Source of the DNA: Acidimicrobiia bacterium
GTDB taxonomy: Bacteria > Actinomycetota > Acidimicrobiia > Spongiisociales > ZC4RG35
Length of the DNA: 64,000 bases
Direction: 5' to 3'
Assembly: GCA_035544615.1 (NCBI GenBank)
Contig: DATKEA010000017.1
Span: 1,949 to 65,948 of the forward strand
Below the pieces are notes generated by a model. The model worked only from the letters and a program-made list of their open reading frames with translations, searched no databases and was not told where the DNA came from. The first letter of the stretch is position 1, and every line of letters begins with the position of its first letter. A program made the position numbers and the translations under genes. Shown here one piece after another: positions 51,351 to 59,415 of the stretch.

Positions 51351-52457
51351 ATGACCAATCGTCTCCTCTCCCTCACCGCTGCGCTGATGCTGATTGTGGG
51401 TGCCTGCGGTGGGACAACCGAAGGCACCACCACCATCGGATCTGACACCACCACTACCACCCAGACCGAGACCACGGTCGCGGCCGTGACTCCCCAAGGT
51501 GTCCTGCTCTCCTACTCGCTGACCGCCGGCGACGAGTTCAGCTACGAAGTGGACCTGGATCAGCACATCGAGGTAAGCGCGTCGGGTGACGCCTCGCTGA
51601 TGGGAGACGAGGAGATGCCGGGCAATGCCGTGGTGGACCTGACCGGTTCCGCGACCTTCACCCACGTCGTGTCCGACGGGCCCGAAGCGGGCACATATGA
51701 GATTCACATAACCGGAGACTTCGCCGACGTGACGGTCACAGGCACCGTGGACGGCGAGCCTGTGGACTCCGACGAAGCACCCGACTTCGCCGCCCTGGAT
51801 CCGATCGACTTGACCATCGTCGTCGACGAGCAAGGCAAACTCATCCAGAAGGAAAGCGATATCGATGATCCTCTGGGTGGGCTCTTTGGAGATCTGGGTG
51901 CCCTGGGTGGCAGCAGTCCCGCTCCCGGTCTCGACCCGGGCCAATTCTTCGGTCCGTTGCTGTCAGACGACGAGGTCACCGTCGGTGATACCTGGTCGGA
52001 AGACATCGAGACGTCCGGCTTGTCCGAAGACAACTCGATCGTGACCAGTATCACCAGCACGGTTACCGACGTCGAGAACCTCGACGGGACAGAGGTGTTC
52101 GTCATCGAGAGCCAGTCTTCGACCTCGCGTATCGAGTTTGATCTGGGTGAGTTCTTCGCCGGCATGTTGGGGGCGTTCCTGCCCGAGGGGACCACCGAAG
52201 CAGAGTCGGCCGAGTTCGAGGAGATGCTCGCCCAACTCAAATTCCTGATGACCATCGACGACACCACATCCGATAGCACCACCTGGTTCGACGCCGAGGC
52301 TGGAATTGCCCGCCAATCGGAGGTCACCGCCGGCACCAGGATCACCATGGAGTTGAACATGCCTGACGAAGACACCGGCGAGATGGTCGGCTTCGACATG
52401 GACATGGCCCTCGATCAGGTCATCACCTATCGGTTGATCTCCGGGCCGCCCGCCTGA
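51351..52457 (+). CDS. Hypothetical lipoprotein
   Basis: Lipobox LIVGAC, a Thr-rich linker, then an acidic domain with no recognised motif. Confidence 0.5.
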   Translation: MTNRLLSLTAALMLIVGACGGTTEGTTTIGSDTTTTTQTETTVAAVTPQGVLLSYSLTAGDEFSYEVDLDQHIEVSASGDASLMGDEEMPGNAVVDLTGSATFTHVVSDGPEAGTYEIHITGDFADVTVTGTVDGEPVDSDEAPDFAALDPIDLTIVVDEQGKLIQKESDIDDPLGGLFGDLGALGGSSPAPGLDPGQFFGPLLSDDEVTVGDTWSEDIETSGLSEDNSIVTSITSTVTDVENLDGTEVFVIESQSSTSRIEFDLGEFFAGMLGAFLPEGTTEAESAEFEEMLAQLKFLMTIDDTTSDSTTWFDAEAGIARQSEVTAGTRITMELNMPDEDTGEMVGFDMDMALDQVITYRLISGPPA

Positions 52458-52458
52458 G

Positions 52459-53196
52459 TCACTTCTTGCGGCGGAGACCGGAGAGAGCGCTCCGCCACAA
52501 GTAGGCGGTGAAGCTGGGGATCGCCTCTTGTTCCCCGTGGGCCTGGTCGCCGACCGAGGCGGTCGCTTCGCCTTTCTGCGGTGCTTCGATCGAGCGTTCC
52601 CCAGCGGCGCGCATCTCAGCCAATCGCTCTCTGAGGAAGACCGCTTCGGTCTCGGCACGTGCCGCCCTCTCACGGGCTTCGGCCAGCTGCTGACCTGCCT
52701 CGTGGAGGTTGCCCAGTTGGAGCAGCATCTTGTCCCAGGCCGCGATGGGAACGATCATCGTGCCGGGAGGGGGAGTCATCTCAGCGGCCGGTTTCGATGT
52801 GACCACGCCGCGTGCGTCGGCCGTCTCGGGTGGTGGCCCTGCCGGCACGCTCTCCCGTCCCACTTGCGCGGCCCGCGCCCGCACCCCATCCAGGGTGACC
52901 AGGCGGCGAGTCCCGGTCGGTGTCTCGTCGAGAATGCTCGGGATCCGGCCTTTACTGGCCCACTTTCGCAGCGTGGCAATGGGGATCCCGGTTGCCGCAC
53001 TCGCTTGGCGAAGAGTCAGCCAACCCTGGCCCGAAACATGAAGGTCCCCGGCTTGGTCTTCACCGCTGGCGTTCGAGGATGGCTGGCGGGCCGGTGGTGG
53101 GGTTGCCGGGGTGCGAAGCGCCTCGGTCTCCCATAGAAAGGCAGCATCCTGATCAGCCATGTCGTCATCATAAGAACTCTCTGCCGGCGAGATCAT
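52459..53196 (-). CDS. Helix-turn-helix DNA-binding protein (excisionase/MerR-like HTH plus coiled coil), divergent from the BMC locus
   Basis: HTH LTLRQASAATGIPIATLRKWASKGRIP, a Pro-rich linker and a C-terminal coiled coil. Confidence 0.5.
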   Translation of the reverse strand: MISPAESSYDDDMADQDAAFLWETEALRTPATPPPARQPSSNASGEDQAGDLHVSGQGWLTLRQASAATGIPIATLRKWASKGRIPSILDETPTGTRRLVTLDGVRARAAQVGRESVPAGPPPETADARGVVTSKPAAEMTPPPGTMIVPIAAWDKMLLQLGNLHEAGQQLAEARERAARAETEAVFLRERLAEMRAAGERSIEAPQKGEATASVGDQAHGEQEAIPSFTAYLWRSALSGLRRKK

Positions 53197-53251
53197 GGGC
53201 CGTCCCCCATGTTCCTAGGATGGGCCGGGTGAGGAGGCCGCAACCAGCCAC

Positions 53252-53881
53252 ATGACATCGCCCGCCGGCCCGACATCCCCGACCGAACAGGAAGTCCGCA
53301 CCCTGGTCGAGAGTGTGCTCGACGGAGTCCTGGGCTCCGATTCCGATCGGCCGGGGCCGGATCCCGCCCCGCCGACGCCGGCCGGGGCCGACGAGGGAAT
53401 GCCGAAGGCGAAGATCGCGGTGGGTTCAGACCACGGCGGCTACCCGCTCAAGGAGAGACTGGCATTCAAGCTCCGAGAGACCGGCTACGAGATCGTCGAT
53501 TGCGGGACGGACTCGCACGATGCAGTCGACTATCCGGACTTTGCCCACGCCGTAGCCCGAGAGGTGAGCTCCGGATCCTGTCGCTACGGGATCGTGGTGG
53601 ACGGAGCCGGAATCGGTTCGGCCATGGTGGCCAACAAGGTGCCGGGAGTGCGTGCCGCCTTGTGCTACGACCTGTCGTCGGCCCGCAACAGCCGAGAACA
53701 CAACCACGCCAACGTGTTGACCCTGGGAGCCGGGTTGATCGGGGAGGCTCTCGCCTGGCAGATTGTCGAAGAGTGGCTTTCCGTCGAGTGGGGTGGTGGT
53801 CGACACGCCCGCCGGGTTGCCAAGATCGACAACGTGCAACGGCAATACTCCGGGTCCGGCGTGAGTCAGGATCACCATTGA
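53252..53881 (+). CDS. RpiB/LacAB-family sugar-phosphate isomerase with an N-terminal encapsulation-peptide-like extension (BMC cargo)
   Basis: The core [15 protein letters not shown]...[17 protein letters not shown]...GGRHARRV aligns by eye to RpiB. A ~50 aa N-terminal extension carries an amphipathic helix ([16 protein letters not shown]) then a Pro/Gly/Asp-rich linker. An alternative core start lies at 53399. Confidence 0.8.
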   Translation: MTSPAGPTSPTEQEVRTLVESVLDGVLGSDSDRPGPDPAPPTPAGADEGMPKAKIAVGSDHGGYPLKERLAFKLRETGYEIVDCGTDSHDAVDYPDFAHAVAREVSSGSCRYGIVVDGAGIGSAMVANKVPGVRAALCYDLSSARNSREHNHANVLTLGAGLIGEALAWQIVEEWLSVEWGGGRHARRVAKIDNVQRQYSGSGVSQDHH

Positions 53882-54711
53882 ATCGCGATGCGTTGGTCGA
53901 GGCGGTGACTCGGGAGGTGATCGCTGCCCTCTCGACTCGCTACGACGTGTGTGACACCGGCGAGAAGGTGCGCGAGGTCGTGGCCAACGGGGTCGACCGG
54001 GTCGCCTTTCACGGCGAGGCGGCCGAGGTGCCCCTGGACATGGCTCGATACATCGATCACACCCTGCTCAAGCCCGAGGCGACGGCTGCCGAGATCGACC
54101 AGCTTTGCCGCGAGGCCGCGCAGTACCGCTTCGCCTCGGTTTGCATCAATCCCACATGGGTGAAGCGCGCGGCGGAGAATCTTCGGGGCACCTCGGTCCC
54201 GGTATGCACCGTGATCGGCTTTCCCCTCGGCGCCGGCACATCGGAGATCAAAGCGATGGAAGCGCGGAGGGCACTCCGTGACGGCGCGCGGGAAGTCGAC
54301 ATGGTGCTCAACATCGGGGCGTTGAAGTCGGGTGACCACAGCCTGGTGCTGAAGGACATCGAGAAGGTTGTCGATGCCGCCCACGAGGTAGGTGCATTGT
54401 GCAAGGTGATCCTCGAGACCGCCCTGCTCACCGACGAGGAGAAAGTGGTCGCTTCGGCCCTCGCCAAGAAGGCCAAAGCGGACTTCGTCAAGACTTCGAC
54501 CGGTTTCGGCCCGGGAGGCGCAACCGTCTATGACGTGGCCCTGATGCGGGAGACAGTCGGGCCCGAGATGGGAGTGAAAGCCTCGGGCGGGGTTCGCACC
54601 ACCGATGACGCGGAGGACATGATCGCCGCCGGTGCTACCAGAATCGGTGCTTCGGCTGGGATCGAGATCGTAGGCGGCAAGGATGGAGGACAAGGTGACG
54701 AGAGGCATTGA
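53878..54711 (+). CDS. deoC: Deoxyribose-phosphate aldolase (DERA) with an N-terminal encapsulation-peptide-like helix (BMC cargo)
   Basis: The core [14 protein letters not shown]...FASVCINP...[10 protein letters not shown]...DMVLNIG...DFVKTSTGF...[10 protein letters not shown] matches class-I DERA. A ~55 aa extension begins [19 protein letters not shown]. The TTG start overlaps the rpiB stop. Confidence 0.8.
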   Translation: MNRDALVEAVTREVIAALSTRYDVCDTGEKVREVVANGVDRVAFHGEAAEVPLDMARYIDHTLLKPEATAAEIDQLCREAAQYRFASVCINPTWVKRAAENLRGTSVPVCTVIGFPLGAGTSEIKAMEARRALRDGAREVDMVLNIGALKSGDHSLVLKDIEKVVDAAHEVGALCKVILETALLTDEEKVVASALAKKAKADFVKTSTGFGPGGATVYDVALMRETVGPEMGVKASGGVRTTDDAEDMIAAGATRIGASAGIEIVGGKDGGQGDERH

Positions 54712-55324
54712 GCTGAGGTCGTTTGCGTTCCTGGACAGCCTCCAGCCGCAATACGCAGCATTTCTCGGGACGGTGGCCCAGGGGTTCCTCCCGCTGGCCG
54801 GCGACTCGTCCCTGTGGGTGGAAGTGGCTCCAGGTATCGAGATCAATCGTCTGACCGACGTGGCTCTGAAGGCGACATCGGTCAAGCCGGGCCTCCAGAT
54901 CATCGAGCGCTTCTACGGCGTGCTCGAGGTTCACTCACCGGATCAGGCCGAGACCAGAGCCGCCGGGGCGGCAATCCTCGACGGCATCGAGCTGACCGAG
55001 CACGACCGGATCAAGCCGCGGATCTTGTCGTCCCAGATCATTCGCAGACTCGACGACCATCACGCTCAGCTCATCAACCGGACCCGGCACGGTCAGATGA
55101 TCATCCCGGGCCAGACCCTGTATGTCCTCGAGTGCGAGCCGGCCGCATATGCGTCACTTGCTGCCAACGAGGCGGAGAAGGCAGCGGAGATCAACGTCCT
55201 CGAGGTGCGAAGCTTCGGCTCGATGGGTCGGGTCTACCTGGGCGGAGAAGAGCAGGACATCGATGTCGGGTGGCAGGCAGCGGTGGGCGCTCTGGAAGGG
55301 CTCACCGGCCGTGATGCCGGCTGA
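54695..55324 (+). CDS. BMC-T shell protein, CcmP/CsoS1D type (tandem permuted BMC domains)
   Basis: [28 protein letters not shown]...GIEINR...[11 protein letters not shown]...[28 protein letters not shown] matches the recalled CcmP sequence closely. The GTG at 54695 lies 5 nt after a GGAGG. The ORF-track ATG is at 54683. Confidence 0.8.
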   Translation: MTRGIELRSFAFLDSLQPQYAAFLGTVAQGFLPLAGDSSLWVEVAPGIEINRLTDVALKATSVKPGLQIIERFYGVLEVHSPDQAETRAAGAAILDGIELTEHDRIKPRILSSQIIRRLDDHHAQLINRTRHGQMIIPGQTLYVLECEPAAYASLAANEAEKAAEINVLEVRSFGSMGRVYLGGEEQDIDVGWQAAVGALEGLTGRDAG

Positions 55325-55373
55325 GTGAGGATCTGCTTGAGTCAACGACGAAGACAACGAAAGGAGGAGCTTC

Positions 55374-55676
55374 ATGGCTGAAGCTCTTGGCATGATCGAA
55401 ACTCGAAGCTTCTCGGCGATGGTCGAGGCGGCAGATGCGATGGTGAAAGCCGCCAAGGTGGAGCTCGTGGGCATGGAGAAGACCGGTGGTGGATATGTGA
55501 CGGCCGTCGTGCGTGGCGATGTGGCCGCGGTCAAGGCTGCCGTCGACGCCGGTGTCCGGGGAGCGGAGAAGGTGGGTGAGGTCATCTCGACCCATGTCAT
55601 CGCACGCCCACACGTCAACATCGACCTGGTTCTGCCGCTCGGTCGCCAGGACCAGGCGCAAGACGATCTCGGTTAG
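55374..55676 (+). CDS. BMC-H shell protein (PduA/EutM type hexamer)
   Basis: [33 protein letters not shown]... is the canonical single BMC (Pfam00936) domain. Confidence 0.9.
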   Translation: MAEALGMIETRSFSAMVEAADAMVKAAKVELVGMEKTGGGYVTAVVRGDVAAVKAAVDAGVRGAEKVGEVISTHVIARPHVNIDLVLPLGRQDQAQDDLG

Positions 55677-55709
55677 CCCAGCCATCCGTGGGAGACAGGA
55701 GATAGGACC

Positions 55710-56021
55710 GTGCATCTAGGCAGGGTCGCCGGGACGCTGGTCGCCAGTCGCAAGGAATCCCTCATGGAGGGGATGGTGTTCCTCGTCGTGCGTCAACTCG
55801 ACTCAGAGAACGCCGAGACGGGGAGCTATGTGGTGGCGGTCGATACGGTCGGTGCCGGTGTTGGCGAAGTCGTGCTCTACGCCTCGGGCAGCTCGGCGCG
55901 TCAAACGGAATCGACCCGCGACCGACCGGTGGATGCGGTGATCATGGCCATCGTCGACTCCTGGGATGTCGGTGGAGAGGTCCGGTACCACAAGGGTGAC
56001 GAAGAGGCATCGAGCAGGTAG
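55710..56021 (+). CDS. BMC-P vertex protein (EutN/CcmL/PduN family), paralogue 1
   Basis: [15 protein letters not shown]...[22 protein letters not shown]...AVIMAIVD is the EutN_CcmL fold. Confidence 0.85.
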   Translation: MHLGRVAGTLVASRKESLMEGMVFLVVRQLDSENAETGSYVVAVDTVGAGVGEVVLYASGSSARQTESTRDRPVDAVIMAIVDSWDVGGEVRYHKGDEEASSR

Positions 56022-56023
56022 CG

Positions 56024-57481
56024 ATGCTGAGCGACACAGATATCCAGGCCATAATCGAGCGGGTCAGGGGCCGGGTCGCCACAGCCGAGACAAACCGACG
56101 GGCGGCTCCGGCTTTGCGTGCCTCCGACGACCTCGCCGTGTCCGATGTCCAGCTCGGGGACGGCATCCATCCTTCCGTCGACGATGCGGTGGCGGCGGCT
56201 GGCACCGCCTTTCTCGAATACCGCGAGATGGGGCTCGAATCGCGCAAGTCGATCGTCGAGGCCATGCGAGCCGCGATGTTGCGGGAGGGGGAGCGACTCG
56301 GGTACATGGCGGCTGAGGAGACCGGCATCGGGAGGGGTGAGGACAAGGCGATCAAGAACCGCCTGGTAACCACCAAGACCCCGGGGCCCGAAGACCTCGA
56401 GCCACAGGTGGTGACCGGTGACGCCGGCATGATGGTCACCGAATACGCCCCTTACGGAGTGATCGGTTCGATCACTCCGACGACAAACCCCACATCCACG
56501 ATCATCAACAATTCGATCGCCATCGTGTCGGCGGGCAATGCGGTGGTCTTCAACGTCCATCCCAACGCCCGGTTGGTATCGGTCGAGAATGTCCAGCTTC
56601 TCAACAGGGCCATCGTCGGGGCGGGGGGCCCGCCGGATCTGGTAACTGCGATACCTCAGCCAACACTGGAGTCCGCGCGCCAATTGATGCAACATCCCGA
56701 CGTTCGCGTGCTCCTGGTCACCGGCGGCCCCGGTGTGGTCAAAGAGGCGCTCAAGACCAGCAAGAAAGCGATAACCGCCGGGCCCGGCAATCCGCCGGCG
56801 GTGGTCGACCAAACCGCCGACATCGACAACGCGGGCCGCGCCATCGTCAGGGGAGCGTCCTTCGACAACAACGTCATCTGCACCGACGAGAAAACCACGA
56901 TCGTGGTCGACACCGTCGCCGACCGTCTGGTGCAGGCGATGATCGCCGCCGGCGCCTACCGGCTCAAGGAGCACGAGCTGAAGCGTCTGGAGCGGGTGAT
57001 ATTCAAGGAGATGGGACCCCCCGGTAAACCGGGAATGATCAACACCGACTGGATCGGCAAGGACGCGGCGAGGATCCTCTCCGAGATCGGGGTCACAGTG
57101 GGGGACGAGGTGAGGCTGGTCGTGGCCGAGGTCCGTCGCGAGCACAACCTGGTCTGGACCGAGCAGATGATGCCGGTGATGCCGGTGGTCCGGGTGAGCA
57201 ATGTCGAGGATGCCATCGACCTCGCGGTTCGCTCCGAGCACGGGTTCCGACACACCGCTTCGATCCACAGCACCAATGTGGAGACGATCACACGCATGGC
57301 CCGCGCGATGAACTGCAGCATTTTCGTGGCCAATGGGTCCAACTTCAACGGCCTCGGAGAAGGAGGCGAAGGCTTCACCTCGTTCTCGATCGCCAGCCCT
57401 ACCGGGGAGGGAATGACCCGGCCGCGTACTTTCTCCAGGGTGCGCCGGGTGACGGTGGTCGGAGCTCTGCGAATTGTCTGA
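56024..57481 (+). CDS. CoA-acylating aldehyde dehydrogenase (PduP/EutE-like) with an N-terminal encapsulation peptide (BMC cargo)
   Basis: N-terminal MLSDTDIQAIIERVRGRV amphipathic helix, a ~30 aa linker, then the AldDH core (GIHPSVDDAVAAAGTAF ... ITPTTNPTST ... catalytic Cys region NNVICTDEKT). Confidence 0.85.
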   Translation: MLSDTDIQAIIERVRGRVATAETNRRAAPALRASDDLAVSDVQLGDGIHPSVDDAVAAAGTAFLEYREMGLESRKSIVEAMRAAMLREGERLGYMAAEETGIGRGEDKAIKNRLVTTKTPGPEDLEPQVVTGDAGMMVTEYAPYGVIGSITPTTNPTSTIINNSIAIVSAGNAVVFNVHPNARLVSVENVQLLNRAIVGAGGPPDLVTAIPQPTLESARQLMQHPDVRVLLVTGGPGVVKEALKTSKKAITAGPGNPPAVVDQTADIDNAGRAIVRGASFDNNVICTDEKTTIVVDTVADRLVQAMIAAGAYRLKEHELKRLERVIFKEMGPPGKPGMINTDWIGKDAARILSEIGVTVGDEVRLVVAEVRREHNLVWTEQMMPVMPVVRVSNVEDAIDLAVRSEHGFRHTASIHSTNVETITRMARAMNCSIFVANGSNFNGLGEGGEGFTSFSIASPTGEGMTRPRTFSRVRRVTVVGALRIV

Positions 57482-58076
57482 CGGAGCGCAGGCGGTCGCC
57501 CTATTCGAGTTTGGCTCGATCAGCGCGGGGATCGTCGCCGGTGATGCAATGGTCAAGGCCTCTCCGCTGGGAGCCATCTATGCCGGAACCGTGCACCCCG
57601 GCAAGTATCTCGTGTTGGTCACCGGAGACACGGCCAGTGTCGCCATGGCTGTCGATGTCGGGAACGATGTGGGGCGGGAGGCGGTAAGCGACGTTGTGTT
57701 CCTCGCCGATATCCACCCGTCCGTTCCCCAGGCGATTCGGGGCAATAGCGCCCGGGCGCCGGTGGGTGACGAGGCTCTCGGCGTCGTGGAAACCTCTTCG
57801 GTGGCCGCGGCCGTGGACGCCGCCGACGCCGGGGTCAAGGCTGCCGACGCCCGGCTCGCCGCCATCAGACTGGGCGACGGTTTGGGGGGAAAGGGCTATG
57901 TCCTGTTCACCGGGATGGTGGCGGAGGTCGAGGCGTCGTTGGAGGCGGCGGTGGCCCGCGCCGAAGGTCACGGGACGCTGGTGCGCTCCGATCTGATTGC
58001 GCAGCTTCACGAGGAGATGGCTGACAACCTGCGCGCTGACCTCAATTTCATGAACCGGGTCTCCGGGAGTCGATGA
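57474..58076 (+). CDS. BMC-T shell protein, PduT-like (tandem canonical BMC domains)
   Basis: Two BMC repeats (ALFEFGSISAGIVAGDAMVKAS...; ALGVVETSSVAAAVDAADAGVKAADARL...). The PduT Fe-S Cys position is His here (HPGKY). Confidence 0.75.
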   Translation: MSDGAQAVALFEFGSISAGIVAGDAMVKASPLGAIYAGTVHPGKYLVLVTGDTASVAMAVDVGNDVGREAVSDVVFLADIHPSVPQAIRGNSARAPVGDEALGVVETSSVAAAVDAADAGVKAADARLAAIRLGDGLGGKGYVLFTGMVAEVEASLEAAVARAEGHGTLVRSDLIAQLHEEMADNLRADLNFMNRVSGSR

Positions 58077-58077
58077 G

Positions 58078-58356
58078 ATGCAACTGGGCCGTGTCCTAGG
58101 AAGCGTCGTCGCCACCAAGAAGTCCCCGGGTCTGGAGGGAGTCCGGCTTCTCATCGTCCAGCCTCTCGACAAGACCCAGCAGCCAAAGGGCGAGAGCGTG
58201 GTCGCTGCCGACGCAGTGTCCATGGCCGGCCCCGGCGAACTTGTGTACTTCGTTGCCTCGCGGGAGGCGGCCGAGGCTCTGCCCGAGCGGTTCGTGCCGG
58301 TCGACCACGCCGTGGTGGGCATCGTCGATCAGATTCACCTGGAATCCGGCCGATGA
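58078..58356 (+). CDS. BMC-P vertex protein, paralogue 2
   Basis: MQLGRVLGSVVATKK...AADAVSMAGPGELVYFVASREA...VVGIVD. Confidence 0.85.
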   Translation: MQLGRVLGSVVATKKSPGLEGVRLLIVQPLDKTQQPKGESVVAADAVSMAGPGELVYFVASREAAEALPERFVPVDHAVVGIVDQIHLESGR

Positions 58357-58640
58357 AGGTGGGTCGGGTTGCGGGGACTGTCGTGTCCACGATCAAGGTT
58401 CCGGTTCTCGACGACCACCGGCTCCTTCTCTGCGATATCGAGGACCTGAAGGGAAGTTCGGTGGGCTACACCATCGCCGTCGACGTGGTCGATGCCGGCG
58501 TGGGCGACAAGGTGCTCATCCTCGACGAGGGCAGCTCGGCCCGTCAGATCCTCGGCCTCGAATGGGGTGCGATCCGGGCAGTGGTGGTGGGCATCGTCGA
58601 TCAGTTGGTCGTGGAGGGCGCGGTGCGGGGGCTCGACTAG
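58353..58640 (+). CDS. BMC-P vertex protein, paralogue 3
   Basis: MKVGRVAGTVVSTIK...AVDVVDAGVGDKVLILDEGSSAR...VVVGIVD. Overlaps the preceding BMC-P (ATGA). Confidence 0.85.
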   Translation: MKVGRVAGTVVSTIKVPVLDDHRLLLCDIEDLKGSSVGYTIAVDVVDAGVGDKVLILDEGSSARQILGLEWGAIRAVVVGIVDQLVVEGAVRGLD

Positions 58641-58842
58641 CGGAAATGTTTCGCCAAGTGCGGAGCTTCGGTTTGAAACCCGGAATAGCGGGTAAGAGCG
58701 CCGACCCGATCAACACACCTTGAATTGACACCGATCAGAATTGCCGGGGCGGATCAGGGAGAAGCTCCTCCCTCCATCAGTGAGCTACGAGCCCTCACGC
58801 CGCCCGATCCGCCCCGGCGATCAACGTCGGATCGGGCCGGCC

Positions 58843-59385
58843 ATGCAAGACCATGACTTCCGTGCCCATCTCCGTGCCGCCCGTGCCGGGGATGAGCCTG
58901 CCTGGTGGGCCCTTTATCACTGGCTCGCTCCTCAGGTTCTCGGGTTTCTCCGTGGCAGCCGGATTCCCGACCCCGAAGACGTCCTCGGTGAGGTCTTCCT
59001 CGAGGTGGCTCGCCGAATCGATCGATTTCGGGGCGACGCGCGAGGGTTCAGGGCTTGGGTGTTCACCATTACACGGGCGCGTCGCGTCGACGAGATTCGG
59101 CGGCGCGTCCGGCGTCGGGAAGACCCGCTCGACACCGGGTCTCACGATCTGTTGCCCGCTCCCCTCGATGTCGAGGCCGAGGCGCTCGCCATGGTCGGGC
59201 TGGAAGAGTTGATCGGCCTTCTCGACCAACTCACCGACGATCAGAGCGAAGTGCTGGTATTGCGGGCTATCGGTGGTTGGACAGCTCGTGAGGTGGGAGA
59301 GATCACCGGTCGTAGCACCGGATCCGTGGAGCAACTGCAACACCGGGCGACCCGGGCGCTGAGAGAGCTTCTCGACGAGGCGTAA
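58843..59385 (+). CDS. ECF-subfamily RNA polymerase sigma-70 factor
   Basis: Region 2 (FRAHLRAARAGDEPAWWALYHWLAPQVLGFL ... DVLGEVFLEVARRIDRF) and region 4 HTH (EVLVLRAIGGWTAREVGEITGRSTGSVEQLQHRATRALR). The ORF-track start at 58741 is probably too long. Confidence 0.75.
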   Translation: MQDHDFRAHLRAARAGDEPAWWALYHWLAPQVLGFLRGSRIPDPEDVLGEVFLEVARRIDRFRGDARGFRAWVFTITRARRVDEIRRRVRRREDPLDTGSHDLLPAPLDVEAEALAMVGLEELIGLLDQLTDDQSEVLVLRAIGGWTAREVGEITGRSTGSVEQLQHRATRALRELLDEA

Positions 59386-59415
59386 GGAAATCGTTGGCTG
59401 GATCGATCCCTTGTC

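Noticed and set aside
53197-53251. Short palindrome cccatgttcctaggatggg in the HTH/BMC divergent intergenic region as an operator
   Set aside because: Only 5 bp arms around a CCTAGG core, which could arise by chance. It is mentioned as a place to look but not called.
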